This document shows positions 30,906 to 41,477 of a DNA stretch of 64,000 bases, piece by piece (position 1 is the stretch's first letter; each line of letters opens with the position of its first letter). A program made the translations under genes and the position numbers. The stretch comes from an uncultured Thermoleophilia bacterium (GTDB lineage Bacteria > Actinomycetota > Thermoleophilia > UBA2241): positions 512,001 through 576,000 of the forward strand of contig CAVQSP010000014.1 of NCBI GenBank assembly GCA_963715985.1, written 5' to 3'. Below the pieces are notes generated by a model, which saw only the letters and a program-made list of their open reading frames with translations, had not been told where the DNA came from and ran no database searches.

Positions 30906-32758
30906 GCACGACCGACGTAGCGGGGGCGAGCCGGGAGACAGCCGCCCCGCAGCTGGAGATCATGTCCGGCAACGAGGCCATCGCCCGCGGCGCCTGGGAG
31001 GCGGGCGTACGCTTCGCCTCGGCCTATCCCGGCACGCCGAGCACCGAGATCATGGAGAACCTCGCCGGCTACGACGGCGTGTACGCCGAGTGGGCGCCCA
31101 ACGAGAAGGTCGCCGTCGAGGCCGCCACCGGCGCGTCCATGGCGGGCGCCCGCGCCCTGGCGTGCATGAAGCACGTGGGCCTCAACGTCGCCGCCGACCC
31201 GTTCTTCTCGTCCTCGCACGTGGGCGTGACCGGCGGGCTTGTGATCGTCTCCGCCGACGACCCCGCCATGCACAGCTCGCAGGACGAGCAGGACAACCGC
31301 AACTACGCCAAGTTCGCGAAGATGCCCATGATCGAGGCGTCCGACGCCGACGAGATGCTCCAGTTCATCAAAGCGGCGTACGAGCTCAGCGAGTCGTTCG
31401 ACACGCCGGTGCTGTTCCGTACCACCACACGCACGTCGCACGCCCAAGGCGTGGCGCGGCTGGGCGAGCGGGTCCCCGAGGCCGAGCCACTCCTCACCCT
31501 CGACCGCGACCCCGCCAAGCACATCATGATGCCGCACAACGCGACCAAGCGGCACGTCTTCATCGAACAGCGCCTTCTGGACCTGGCCGAGTGGGCGGAG
31601 ACCACCGACCTGAACCGCGTGGAGATGGGCGACACCCGCGTCGGCATCGTCACCTCCGGCGCCGCCTACGGCTCCGCCAGGGAGGCGTTCCCGCGGGCCA
31701 GCTTCCTCAAGCTCGGCTTCACGTACCCGCTGCCTCGCCGCCTCATCGCCGACTTCCGCGCCAAGGTCGACAAGCTGTACGTGGTGGAGGAGCTCGATCC
31801 GTTCCTCGAGGAGCTCATCCGCCTGCAGGGCGTGCAGGTCGACGGCGGCAAGGACCTGCTGCCGCTGTGCGGCGAGTTCAACCCCGGCCTCGTGGCTCGC
31901 GCCCTCTCCGAGGCCGGCGTGCCCGGCGTGGACGAAGCGCTGCTGGTGGTGCCGGCCCCGGCGGCCGACGACCTGCCCGACCGGCCGCCGACCCTGTGCC
32001 CGGGCTGCGCGCACCGCGGCGTGTTCGTGGCCCTGCGCCGCCTGCGCACCTTCGTCAGCGGCGACATCGGCTGCTACAGCCTCGCCGCGCTGCCGCCGTT
32101 CGAGGCCATGCACTGCAGCACCTGTATGGGCGCCGGCATCAGCATGGCGCACGGCATGGCCAAGGTGCTCGACGAGGAGGCCGACCACCGCAACCGCCCG
32201 GTGGCCATCATCGGCGACAGCACCTTCTTCCACTCCGGCATCACGTCACTCCTCGACATCGCCTACAACCGCAGCGACGTGCTCACCATCATCCTGGACA
32301 ACCGCACCACCGCCATGACCGGCGGCCAGGAGAACCCGGGGATGGGGAAGACCCTGTCGGGCGCGCAGGCGCCGGACGTGGACATCCCCGCCCTCGTCCG
32401 CGCCCTCGGCATCTCGCGAGTGAGGGAGATCGATCCGCTCAACGTGGCCGAGACGCAGGCGGTGCTCAAAGAGGAGATCGCAGCGCGCGAGCCGTCGGTG
32501 GTCATCGCCACCTCGCCGTGCGTGCTGGAGTACCGCATCAAGCGCGAGGCCTACCGCGTCGACCCCGACCTCTGCACCGGCTGCAAGGTCTGCCTCAAGG
32601 CGGGGTGCACGGCGCTGAGCCTGTACCTGAACGACGAGGGTGAACGGCGCGTCGAGATCGACCCCACCGCCTGCAGCGGCTGCAGCGTCTGCTCGCAGCT
32701 CTGCAAGTTCGAGGCCATCATCGGTCCTGAGACCGCCGGCGGAGAGGATGCACGATGA
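30902..32758 (+). CDS. iorA: Indolepyruvate/arylpyruvate:ferredoxin oxidoreductase alpha subunit
   Basis: 'SGNEAIARG', 'YPGTPSTE', 'MKHVGLNVAAD', 'LCPGCAHR', 'GDSTFFHSG', C-terminal 2x[4Fe-4S]. Confidence 0.93.
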   Translation: MSTTDVAGASRETAAPQLEIMSGNEAIARGAWEAGVRFASAYPGTPSTEIMENLAGYDGVYAEWAPNEKVAVEAATGASMAGARALACMKHVGLNVAADPFFSSSHVGVTGGLVIVSADDPAMHSSQDEQDNRNYAKFAKMPMIEASDADEMLQFIKAAYELSESFDTPVLFRTTTRTSHAQGVARLGERVPEAEPLLTLDRDPAKHIMMPHNATKRHVFIEQRLLDLAEWAETTDLNRVEMGDTRVGIVTSGAAYGSAREAFPRASFLKLGFTYPLPRRLIADFRAKVDKLYVVEELDPFLEELIRLQGVQVDGGKDLLPLCGEFNPGLVARALSEAGVPGVDEALLVVPAPAADDLPDRPPTLCPGCAHRGVFVALRRLRTFVSGDIGCYSLAALPPFEAMHCSTCMGAGISMAHGMAKVLDEEADHRNRPVAIIGDSTFFHSGITSLLDIAYNRSDVLTIILDNRTTAMTGGQENPGMGKTLSGAQAPDVDIPALVRALGISRVREIDPLNVAETQAVLKEEIAAREPSVVIATSPCVLEYRIKREAYRVDPDLCTGCKVCLKAGCTALSLYLNDEGERRVEIDPTACSGCSVCSQLCKFEAIIGPETAGGEDAR

Positions 32759-33381
32759 GCGCACGTCCGACCTTCAACATCCTCATCTCCGGCGTCGGCG
32801 GCCAGGGCGTGGTGCTGGCCAGCTACGTGCTCAGCCGCTGCGCCCTGGCCGAGGGCTACGACGTCAAGCAGAGCGAGGTCCACGGCATGGCCCAGCGCGG
32901 CGGCTGTGTGACCAGCCACCTGCGCTTCGGCGACAAGGTCTACTCGTCGCTCATCACGCCCGGCACGGTGGACGTGCTGCTCTCCTTCGAGTCCGTGGAG
33001 GCGCTCCGCTACGTGCACTGGCTGAAGCCCGGCGGCCTGCTGGTCTACAACATGACGCGCGTGAACCCGAGCACCGTCTCGTCCGGGGCCGAGGAATACC
33101 CGGAGGGCCTGGCCGAGCGCATCGCGGAGGCCTGGCCCAACGTGCGCGCCCTGGACGCCAGCGCGCTGGCCGCCGAGGCCGGCACCGTCAAGGCGGCCAA
33201 CGTCGTGATGCTGGGAGCCATGGCGAGCGCGCTGCCCTTCGCGCCCGAGACGCTCGAGGACATCATCCGCCGCTCGGTGCCTCCGAAGACGGTCGACGTG
33301 AACCTCAAGGCGTTCCAGCTCGGCCGCGCCGTGCAGTCGGGCACGAGCGACGAGGCCGTGCCGGCCGCCGCCGGCGCATGA
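32755..33381 (+). CDS. iorB: Indolepyruvate/arylpyruvate:ferredoxin oxidoreductase beta subunit
   Basis: 'GVGGQGVVLAS', 'SEVHGMAQRGG', 'ANVVMLGA'. Confidence 0.93.
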   Translation: MSARPTFNILISGVGGQGVVLASYVLSRCALAEGYDVKQSEVHGMAQRGGCVTSHLRFGDKVYSSLITPGTVDVLLSFESVEALRYVHWLKPGGLLVYNMTRVNPSTVSSGAEEYPEGLAERIAEAWPNVRALDASALAAEAGTVKAANVVMLGAMASALPFAPETLEDIIRRSVPPKTVDVNLKAFQLGRAVQSGTSDEAVPAAAGA

Positions 33382-33475
33382 CGGCGAAGTCCGGCGGGCG
33401 GCCGCAGGTGCAGCCGCATCACGATAGCACCGGCCACCGCGTGGGCCGCAGACTGAGCGAAAGGACACCGCCGCC

Positions 33476-34100
33476 ATGAAGAGCACCACCTGGCAGGACG
33501 ACCACCCCTGGACCCACATCGACTGGGAGTTGAACGACGTCACCCCGTACCAGCTCAACTGGTTCTGGTGCAACATGGAGAAGGGCGACTACCTCTGGCA
33601 CCCCAACCAGCACAAGGGCTTCGAGTGGTGGATCAGCCTGGAGGAGGCCGGCGGCCCTCTCGGCAGCGTCCACATCGCGCCGCAGACGTGGAACGACGGC
33701 GTCAAGATCCGCCCGTACATCAAGTTCCCGCAGGCTTGAGGACGTCCCCGCCGAGATCAGGGACCTCATCAAGTACGACCACGTCGTCATCGCCGGCGCG
33801 ATCAGCATCCTCGGCGACAACGTGAAGCCCGACGATCCTGTGCTCGGCTACCGCGTGCACCAGTGGCAGAAGAGCGACAACGGCTGCGTCGGCATGTCCT
33901 CGGCCGTAGAGGCCAAGGAGAACGCGGCCGACGACGGGCTCATCTGGGCCGCTCACGCCAACGAGGAGGTCGGCAACTGGGAGGTCTTCCTGCCGACGCT
34001 CGTGCGCCTCTACCGAGTGATCACGGATCCCGAGATCGCCCCGTACTACTCCTTCCGGGTGGAGGGCGTGGGTCGCGAGGCGCGGTACGCAGAGCTCTGA
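33476..34100 (+). CDS. Short divergent PhlG/phloretin hydrolase-like (SRPBCC fold) protein; frameshift near 33730
   Basis: 'VTPYQLNWFW...LWHPNQH', 'YRVHQW', 'AHANEEVGNWEVFLP' parallel the PhlG motifs; joins ORFs 33476-33739 and 33822-34100. Confidence 0.62.
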
Positions 34101-34234
34101 GAGACAAAGCGCCTGCAGCCAGCAGGAGGCGGCGACCGACAACGGAAGCTGCGGCGCCGTCGGCAAGCAGGAGGCGATGGGTGTGACCTGCAACGTGTCC
34201 CGATCCTGTAGAGGCCGGTGACTGGGGGTATGCG

Positions 34235-35104
34235 ATGCTGAAGTTCATGCTGGCCAGCCGGAGCAAGCCGGAGCACACGAAGGAGCGTTACTACTTCGAG
34301 TGGGGCATCATCCACGTCGCCCTGATGGTGACCACCCCCACGGTGGTGTCGACCTTTCGCCGGTACGCCCAGCACTTCGTCCCGGATGGGCTCGACGGAG
34401 ACAGACTGCTCTTCCCGTTCTCTGAGATGGGCTGGGAGAACATGGCCGACCACTGGCTCGAGACCTGGGACGACCTCGTCCTCCCGTTCAAGTCCGACGA
34501 CTATCCCAACCGCATGCAGCCGCACAACTTCGGCGACAGCACCTTCGACCTGCAGCTGATGACCGGGGAGGAGCTGTACGCGGACGACGGGTACTACGCC
34601 GGCGGCGTGAAGCTGGTGCACTTCCTGCACCGGCGGCCGGACATCAGCCTGGAGGACTTCAAGGCGAAGTACCGCGCGCACGCCGAGCTGCTGCTGGCGG
34701 AGGGCGTGGGCCGGGGGCTGGTGCGCAAGTGCGTGCAGAACACCGAGACGCAGGGCGACCCCAAGTACTTCAAGGGGACGCTGTTCGAGCTCGGTGGGGT
34801 GAACACGTACTCCGGGGTCGAAGAACTGTGGTTCGACGACGTGGGCGCCGTCTATGAGTTCTGCGGCGACCCTGAACGGCGGGCTGCCCTGCTGGAGAGC
34901 TACGCCGGCTTCGCCGACGAGCAGACCTACTCCATGGTGACGACCGAGCGCGTGGTGTTCGACTGGGTCACTCCGGGCCACATCAGTCCGCAGCCGGCGG
35001 TGCTGCAGGAGGGCACCCTGGAGGCCGCGATCGACGGGCAAGGCTACAGAGGCTGGAGCGTACCCGGGTGGGAGAAGCGGACACGCCAGAACCGCTCGAC
35101 GTGA
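34235..35104 (+). CDS. Two-domain EthD (dimeric alpha+beta barrel) protein
   Basis: Repeated pattern 'KFM..SR.KP..TKERY...W...H...RYAQH' and 'KLVHFLHRRPDISLEDF..Y..H...KCVQN...GVEELWFD'. Confidence 0.75.
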   Translation: MLKFMLASRSKPEHTKERYYFEWGIIHVALMVTTPTVVSTFRRYAQHFVPDGLDGDRLLFPFSEMGWENMADHWLETWDDLVLPFKSDDYPNRMQPHNFGDSTFDLQLMTGEELYADDGYYAGGVKLVHFLHRRPDISLEDFKAKYRAHAELLLAEGVGRGLVRKCVQNTETQGDPKYFKGTLFELGGVNTYSGVEELWFDDVGAVYEFCGDPERRAALLESYAGFADEQTYSMVTTERVVFDWVTPGHISPQPAVLQEGTLEAAIDGQGYRGWSVPGWEKRTRQNRST

Positions 35105-36247
35105 CGCAGGCGGGTCCTGCCGGGAGTCCGCCGCCCGCCGGTGCCGGTGACGCGCGTCCCGCGGGCCAGTCCGAGCTCAGCGGGGGTCGCGCAGACGCTT
35201 TCGCCGCGGTGCTCATGGCGTTCGTGGCCCTGCAGACCGTGGGCATCGCGCTCATCCCGGTGGTCACGCCGTTCCTGAAGGACCACTACCAGCTGAGTGA
35301 CGCGCAGATCGGTCTGCTCACCTCTGCGTTCGCTCTTGCGGTCGCGCTCACGTCGATCCCCATGGGCCTGGCCACGGCACGGTGGGGCGGCCGGACGCTG
35401 CTCATCGCGGCCGCCCTCTTCCTGGCCGGGAGCCTCGTGTTCGCCGCCGCCGACTCCTAATCTGGTTTCTGGTGGGTCGCTTCATCCAGGGCATGGGCGC
35501 CGGGACAGGCCTCGGCACGGTCGGCACGCTGCTCATCATGCCGAGCATCGCCGCAGCCGGCGGGTACCACGCCGTGTTCATCGCGGCGGCGGTCTTCGGC
35601 GTCGCGCTCGCGGCGGCGGCGGTCTCACTCAGGGCCCTGCGGTCGCGGCCGGCGTGGAGCGACGCCCAGACCGTCGGCGCACTGATGCGCGCGCTCGGCA
35701 GGGCGGCCCTCAACCCGGGCGTCCTCGTGATGGCCGTGATGAACCTGACCGTCGTGGCCGTGGTGGTCGGCGTGCTCACGTGGACGCCGCAGTTCCTGCA
35801 CGACATGCACGGCGCATCGCTGGCTGTGGCGGCGTATCTCACCGCCACCATCGGTCTCTCGCAGACGGTGGGCAACCCGGCCGGTGCTGGAGCCATGACA
35901 CGCTGGGGCAAGAACGCAGTGCTCGTCGTCGGCTTGGGGCTGCTGGCCGTCTCGACGGCGCTCGTCCCCCTGGGTCCGGGGATCGTCGCGACCTTCATCG
36001 CGGTCATCGTGACCACGTTCCTTGCGGGAGCGATGCTGCCGCCCAGCCTCGCCATCGTCGCCGACGTGGCTCACGGCAACGAGGCGGTGGGCGCTGTCAC
36101 CGGTCTCATCGGCCTGTTCAACGTGGTCGGCTCGATGATCGCGCCTTGGATGTTCGGCGTGCTGCTGGACACGTACGGCACGGCGCCTGCTACCTCACGG
36201 CTCTGGTGAGTCCAGCCGTTCGGAGACCTCCGCGGCGGTCTTCTTGA
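35101..36247 (+). pseudogene. MFS transporter, disrupted (stop/frameshift near 35458 and 36180, apparent internal deletion)
   Basis: 'LSDAQIGLLTS', 'RWGGR', 'GRFIQGMGAG', 'LTWTPQFL'; TM4-TM5 segment appears to be missing. Confidence 0.6.
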
Positions 36248-36440
36248 CCGCTGCCGCGTGCCGGCGCATCTCGGCTTCGCTGGACCGCTCGACGGGACGA
36301 CGACATCCCCGAGCACGGATCGACCTGCGATCTCGCCACATCGCCACGGAGTGCAGGCAGGAGCCGCTACGCCTGATCCCGGAAGCGCGCACTTGGGGCG
36401 GCAGGCTCAATGACGCGGGCGCCACCCTTACTGCATGAGA

Positions 36441-36474
36441 AGGGGCCCGCTGCCCTTGCGGGCAGCGGGCCCCT
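36441..36474 (-). terminator. 15-bp hairpin with GCAA loop on the minus strand
   Basis: AGGGGCCCGCTGCCC-TTGC-GGGCAGCGGGCCCCT, downstream of the small membrane protein gene. Confidence 0.55.
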
Positions 36475-36505
36475 CTCGCGCCAGGGCAAGCCGTGGCGCG
36501 GTCTC

Positions 36506-36718
36506 TCAGACCGGCGGCCTGGACTTGGACGGAATGATCAACAAGATGATGATCGTTATCAGCGGGAAGAAGATCGCCAAGATGACCCAGAGGAGCGGAC
36601 TGCGACCCTTGCTCGCGGCGAGCAAGAACGTGAAGTAGATGAAGAGCATCCAGAAGACGATTGCGATGATCCACCACATCCACATCCAGAATGTGGTCGC
36701 CGCTATGACTCCGAGCAT
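36506..36718 (-). CDS. Small two-helix membrane protein
   Basis: 'WWIIAIVFWMLFIYFTFLLAASKGRSPLLWVILAIFFPLITIIILLIIP'. Confidence 0.7.
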   Translation of the reverse strand: MLGVIAATTFWMWMWWIIAIVFWMLFIYFTFLLAASKGRSPLLWVILAIFFPLITIIILLIIPSKSRPPV

Positions 36719-36911
36719 ACGTACCCCCCGACTACGAACCTTCATGACGCACGAAACATACTCACACCTGTGGCTGCTTTGGCAAGGATGACGTGCCAGA
36801 GCGAGTTGCCGGGAACGCTCACACGGACGCCGTTGCCACCGCGTCGCAGCAGCGGCTCCCTTGCTGGCACCCCGGAGCCTCCTCTGCGGTGAGGGCCTGC
36901 CGGCAGCAGAA

Positions 36912-36946
36912 GGGCGGCCCGTAGGTGCGATGCTCACGGGCCGCCC
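36912..36946 (-). terminator. GC hairpin downstream of the CMD-family gene
   Basis: GGGCGGCCCGT ... ACGGGCCGCCC. Confidence 0.4.
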
Positions 36947-37063
36947 GAAAGATGAAACGGACGGCGAGGGGGGACGCCGCGGGTCAGCCTTGGAGGCAAC
37001 TCGTCGTCAAGGGGCCGGGCGGGCCCGATCAGTCGTGAGCGCCGGCGCCGCTATTGCGCGCGA

Positions 37064-37500
37064 CTACTCGGCCAGCGGCAAGATCGCTTGGAACGTGGGG
37101 CTCTCGAAGACCTTGCCGAGGCAGGCGCCGCTCTCCTGGAGCTTGGCCTTGCCCACCGAGTAGCAGACGCAGAACGCGACTTCCATGAGCTCCTCGTCGG
37201 TCGCGCCGGCCGCCTTGGCGTTGCACGCCTGCGGCAGCACGCCGTCCCCCAGTGGCCGTTCATCATGGAGAGGCCCACGAGCAGCGGGTAGCGCGTCTTG
37301 GGCTCGAGGATACCCCGGTCGAGCTGACCGGTGAGTCGGCTCTGCGCGAACGCGTGCAGCATGTCCGACCTGTTCTTGACCGAGAAGTCCAGGCTGGGAT
37401 CGTCCGCCGGCTTGCCGTACCCCGGCCGCTGCTTGGCCCACGACGCGAGGACCTCCTCGGCGGCCGTCCGCGCGTACGGTTCCGTTCGGGTCCGGTGCCG
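37064..37500 (-). CDS. Carboxymuconolactone decarboxylase (CMD/AhpD) family protein; frameshift near 37245, start uncertain
   Basis: 'GILEPKTRYPLLVGLSM...' continuing as 'NAKAAGATDEELMEV'. Confidence 0.6.
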
Positions 37501-37582
37501 GTTGGGTACTCCTCGCAGCAGTGCCGGTGCGTTCGACCGGCGAGCAGCGCGGATCGGTCGGTCGTGTGGAAAGGAGCGCGAG

Positions 37583-37978
37583 ATGTCAGGCTGGGAGCAG
37601 GTCGCCGGGAGCGGCGAGAACGACCCCATCAAGCTCGCTGAGAGCGGAGAGAAGCAGCAGTGGTCCTTTCACGGCCACGTCTTCGAGTTCGAGTGCCGGC
37701 TCGCGCCGCACAAGTACCAGATGATCCCCAACGGCGTGCAGCTCGAAGTGAGCATCGCGGAGACGGCCGGCGGTGACCCGGCGAAGCCGATCGCGTGCAC
37801 GGAAGTGGCGACCCAGGGCGGTGAGGGAGCGGAGGTCGTGAGCGACTTCGACGAGTGGGCCCGGATCAACGCCCAGGCGAAGGTCAGGGAGATCTTCGCG
37901 TATGCCGGCAAGTGGGTGCTGGCACTCGAAGAGCTGGAGCGTATGGCGAACCCCGAGGCGCCGGCGGGAGAGGCCTAG
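37583..37978 (+). CDS. Hypothetical protein
   Basis: AAAGGAG RBS, GC3-biased codons, acidic globular sequence. Confidence 0.6.
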   Translation: MSGWEQVAGSGENDPIKLAESGEKQQWSFHGHVFEFECRLAPHKYQMIPNGVQLEVSIAETAGGDPAKPIACTEVATQGGEGAEVVSDFDEWARINAQAKVREIFAYAGKWVLALEELERMANPEAPAGEA

Positions 37979-38454
37979 CTCGTCGGGCTCTCCTGCTGCT
38001 GGCGAAGTACAGGAGTGCATACGTAAGTGTGTCGCCGAGGCGGGCCCTCGAGGCCGAACGGTCAGCGCGGAACAGGCCTGTCGAGTGATCGGCAGAAGCA
38101 CCGTCGAACAGGTCGGGCAGGAACAGGGATGCGAACCTCTGGGGAGCGTGTGATCGTCCGCGCGGACGTACCTCCACGGGGCACTGACGAACACGCCGTG
38201 GGCACCCCTTGCTGCGCGTGGACGTTGTCGGGAACACGGCTCCGCGCAGCTCGGACGATCCCGATCATCTCAGCCCGCGCCCTACAGGAGTCGTGTTGGA
38301 GCTCAGCGACGTCGAGTCGATCCGCGTGCCGGACGCGTCGGACGTCGTCGGCGAGGCCATCGGCGTGCTCACTCGCCGGTCCAGCGGGCCGAGTGCGCGA
38401 TGTCTCTCGAGCAAGTGGGAGCCGCAGACCGGCGTGGGCTCCCCTTTCGAGACG

Positions 38455-39668
38455 CTACTGAACGACCACGGTCCCGTGGTGGCACTGCGGACCCATCCAG
38501 CACTGCCATTCGTAGGAGCCGGGGGCCAGGCCGCTGGAGTGCCAGGTCAACGGGTCGGGATAAGCCCTGGTCTTGGTCAAGTCGCTCGCCGTCGTGAAGA
38601 AGATGGTCCTCCAGCACAGCATCCTGGCGCCGGTGAAGACGATGTCTACCGGCTTGTTCGCGGGCACCGTCGTCGTCGAGTCGAGGGGGTCCGAGTCGAT
38701 CGTCACTTGCTGGGCGGTCCGTCGACCACCAGCGTGCCGTAGTGGCAATCGTCCATCCAGCACTTCCAGGCGTAGCGCCCGTAGTCCAGGCCGGCCGTGT
38801 GCCAGATGAGGGGATCGGCGCTCGACTGCGCGAAGACACGGGAGTCGAACGCGATGCTCCGGTTGCAGCCCATGCCCTGGTCTGAGACGTCGCCGAAAGA
38901 GATGTCCGCCGGCAGGTACGGCAGGGCGTGCGTGTCGGCGTGGGAGGTCTGGGCGATGTCGATGTGCTGGGCGACGACCAGGCAGCCGGTGCCCCACTTG
39001 GGCATCGCGTCGCGCATCCAGTCGTAGCGCCCGGGGCGCAGACCCGAGGTGCGCCAGACCAGCCCGTCGGCGCTCACCTGCTCGAAGTCGCCCCAGATGA
39101 AGTGCGCGGCGCCGTTCTTCTTGGGGTCGTTGGAGGCCCAGTCGGCGGGGGTGCTGAACACGATCTCGAGCGGCGTGTCCGCGGGGGCCACGGTGTCCCG
39201 GAGCGCCGCCGTCAGCCACCCGTTGACGTTGGAGTCGATGGAGATGCGAAGAGCGGCCGGCTGGACGTCGAAGCGCGTCAGGGCGGACCTCTTCACGAGC
39301 TTGCCACCGCGATACTGGAACGCGCGGACGGCGTGTTCGCCCTCCGTCGGCACGGTGATCCGGCACGTGTACGCGGTCCCAGACGCGCCGTCGGGCGCCT
39401 TGGAGAGCGTGGCGCGGCACGTATCGATGACGTTCCACTGCCCGTCCGTGAGCTTGTACAGCTTGACGTCCACCGTGGCGCGAGACGACGTGGCCGACTT
39501 GGGCTTGATCACCCCGGAGACGTCGAAGGGTGCGCCTGCGACGGGCTCGGCCGAGACCTCCGGCTGGCTCACCGCGTAGGTGATCTTGGCGTTCGCCACC
39601 CCGGGCAGGCCGACGAAGAACGCCAGCACGAGTGCCGCCAGCAGCAGTCGCTTCACGGGACGTGACAT
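38455..39668 (-). CDS. Secreted protein: Ig-like domain plus three cupredoxin-like repeats; frameshift near 38710
   Basis: Signal peptide ending ANA; repeats ending 'GRYDWM...GCLVV', 'GRYAWKCWMDDCHYGTLVV', 'GSYEWQCWMGPQCHHGTVVVQ'. Confidence 0.65.
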
Positions 39669-39929
39669 GGTTTCCCTCCCAACGTCGCGGCGCCGAGCGT
39701 GGCCCCGGCGCCTCCCCGGCGTCATAGTACATTATGTATAGGCGCACTTATAGCATTCTATGTAGATCCGTGCCGCCTGGCGTCATTGGCAGCCGCACTC
39801 GGCCGGCCCGCTGCCCGGAATCCTCGCCTCGATGGGCAGCCCGGGCGGCGCCGAGGACCGCCGCGGAGAGCGGCACGGCGACGATCATGGCCGAGATGCT
39901 GGAGAGGGAGCGCTTCCTGCAACGGACTA

Positions 39930-40010
39930 CCGTGCCTGGCGCCGCCTCGTCCTCGCGCACTATCGCGGTGATGGCGTCCTTGAACGGGGCCAGTTGGGAG
40001 CCCCCGGCGC
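39930..40010 (-). mobile_element. Possible IS21 (IstA) transposase remnant
   Basis: 'SQLAPFKDAITAIVREDEAAPGTV' resembles the IstA 'SKLDPFK..I..LL..D...PATV' segment; no other IS parts seen. Confidence 0.25.
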
Positions 40011-40114
40011 TGCCTGCGCGGCGGCTGGGCAAGTCCGGCAGACTCCCGCCGCCCGCTCTTTCTGACGCAGGGTGGCGCAAGCCTTCCCGCGGCGCCGGCG
40101 CGCGTGCGAGGCCG

Positions 40115-41048
40115 TCAGGGTGCCGCGTCTGGCGGAACCGGCGGGCCTTCGCTCCACGAGCCGGTCGATGAGGCGCGGTAGTCGTCCAGCCGCCCGGTGA
40201 CATCGCCCTGACACCGGTACGCCGCCTCCACGGCGAGGAAGAGGAAGACGTGCGTCAGCATGATGTCGCGCTGGTCGTACTGGTCGTCCCAGGCCGCGCG
40301 CATGGCGACCTGCTCGATGGCGCCGTAGAGGCTGTAGGCCATGAGCTCGTCGGAGACCGGGGGAGAGGCTGGCCTGGGCCGCAGCGCGGCGAGGTCGGCG
40401 GCGGGCCCGGCGGCGATGAGGCGCAAGCGCCTCCTGCACGGCGGCGCGGGTCTCCGCGTCTTCCTGAAGGGCCTCCGCGCGCGCCAGGCCGAGCAGGTCG
40501 GGGCTCAGGCGCTGCAGGCCCCAGAACGCGTAGGTCCGCATGATGAGCCGCACGACGGGGTCGGGCTCCTGCGCCAGCGGCGGCTCGATGAGGCCGCTCA
40601 TCCAGCGCACGAACACGTTGAACGACTCGATGAACAGCTGCCGCTTGGTGGCGAATTGCGTGTAGAACAGCGGAGGCGTGACGCCGGCCTCCGTGATGAT
40701 GTCGGCGAGGCGGGTGCGTTTGTACCCCTTGCGCGCGAACTGGCGCGCCGCCGCCTGCAGGATCGCGGCGCGCGTCTCCGCGGCGCGCCGCGCCACGAGG
40801 TCGGGCTCGGCCGCGGTCTGGCGCTCGAGGAGCGGGCGGATGCTCGTCTTGATGGCCTCGAGGTCGGCGCCGGCGTGCTTGAGCCGGCGGATCTCCCCGA
40901 GCAGCTCGACGTGCACATCGCTGTAGAGGGCGCGGCTGGCGGCGGCCTTCTGGGCGGCCGGCAGCAGGCCCTCGCGCACGTAGAAGTAGATCGTGCTGCG
41001 CGGCGTGCTCGTGGCCGCTTCGAGCTCCGTGATCGTGAGCGCCTTCAC
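40115..41048 (-). CDS. MerR-HTH / TetR hybrid regulator; frameshifts near 40425 and 40170
   Basis: 'ITELEAATSTPRSTIYFYVREGLLP...YSDVH' followed by 'TRAAILQAAARQFARKGYKRTRLADIITEAGVTPPLFYTQFATK'. Confidence 0.8.
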
Positions 41049-41222
41049 CGCGATCTCCCTCCGGCGGCGGCTTCTGCGTGACCCGGGTCACGGCGACATT
41101 GACAGGACGGACCGCGTAACTCTAGCATACGAACCAGTGATGTATAGTCCTATAGCAGAGGTCGCTGCTCTGGTGGATGGACCGTCTGCGTGGATGCTCG
41201 AGCGGGGAGGTCCGGGTCTGCC

Positions 41223-41477
41223 ATGAACACCGTGACGATCGACTTCGAGGCGTGCACCGGCTGCAAGACGTGCTACCTGGCCTGCTTCGCCGACGTCATC
41301 CGCTGGGACGCCGAGGCCAAGCGGCCCATCGTCGCGTACCCGGAGGACTGCGTGCGCTGCAACGTCTGCGAGATCAACTGCAAGGATGAGGCGATCAACG
41401 TGGTCGCCGACTGGGACATGGACTTCCCGCCGGTCATCGAGCGCGGCTTCCCGTACACGGTAGGAGGCAAGCGATGA
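41223..41477 (+). CDS. AprB-like 2x[4Fe-4S] ferredoxin
   Basis: CTGCKTCYLACF...YPEDCVRCNVCEINC. Confidence 0.88.
   Translation: MNTVTIDFEACTGCKTCYLACFADVIRWDAEAKRPIVAYPEDCVRCNVCEINCKDEAINVVADWDMDFPPVIERGFPYTVGGKR

Noticed and set aside
29435-32758. 1107-aa ACD-IorA fusion
   Set aside because: An extra base near 30688; the real ACD tail continues in another frame and stops at 30905, overlapping the iorA ATG
33737-33739. TGA as a selenocysteine codon
   Set aside because: The continuation 'RLEDVPAEIRD' is in another frame; it is a frameshift
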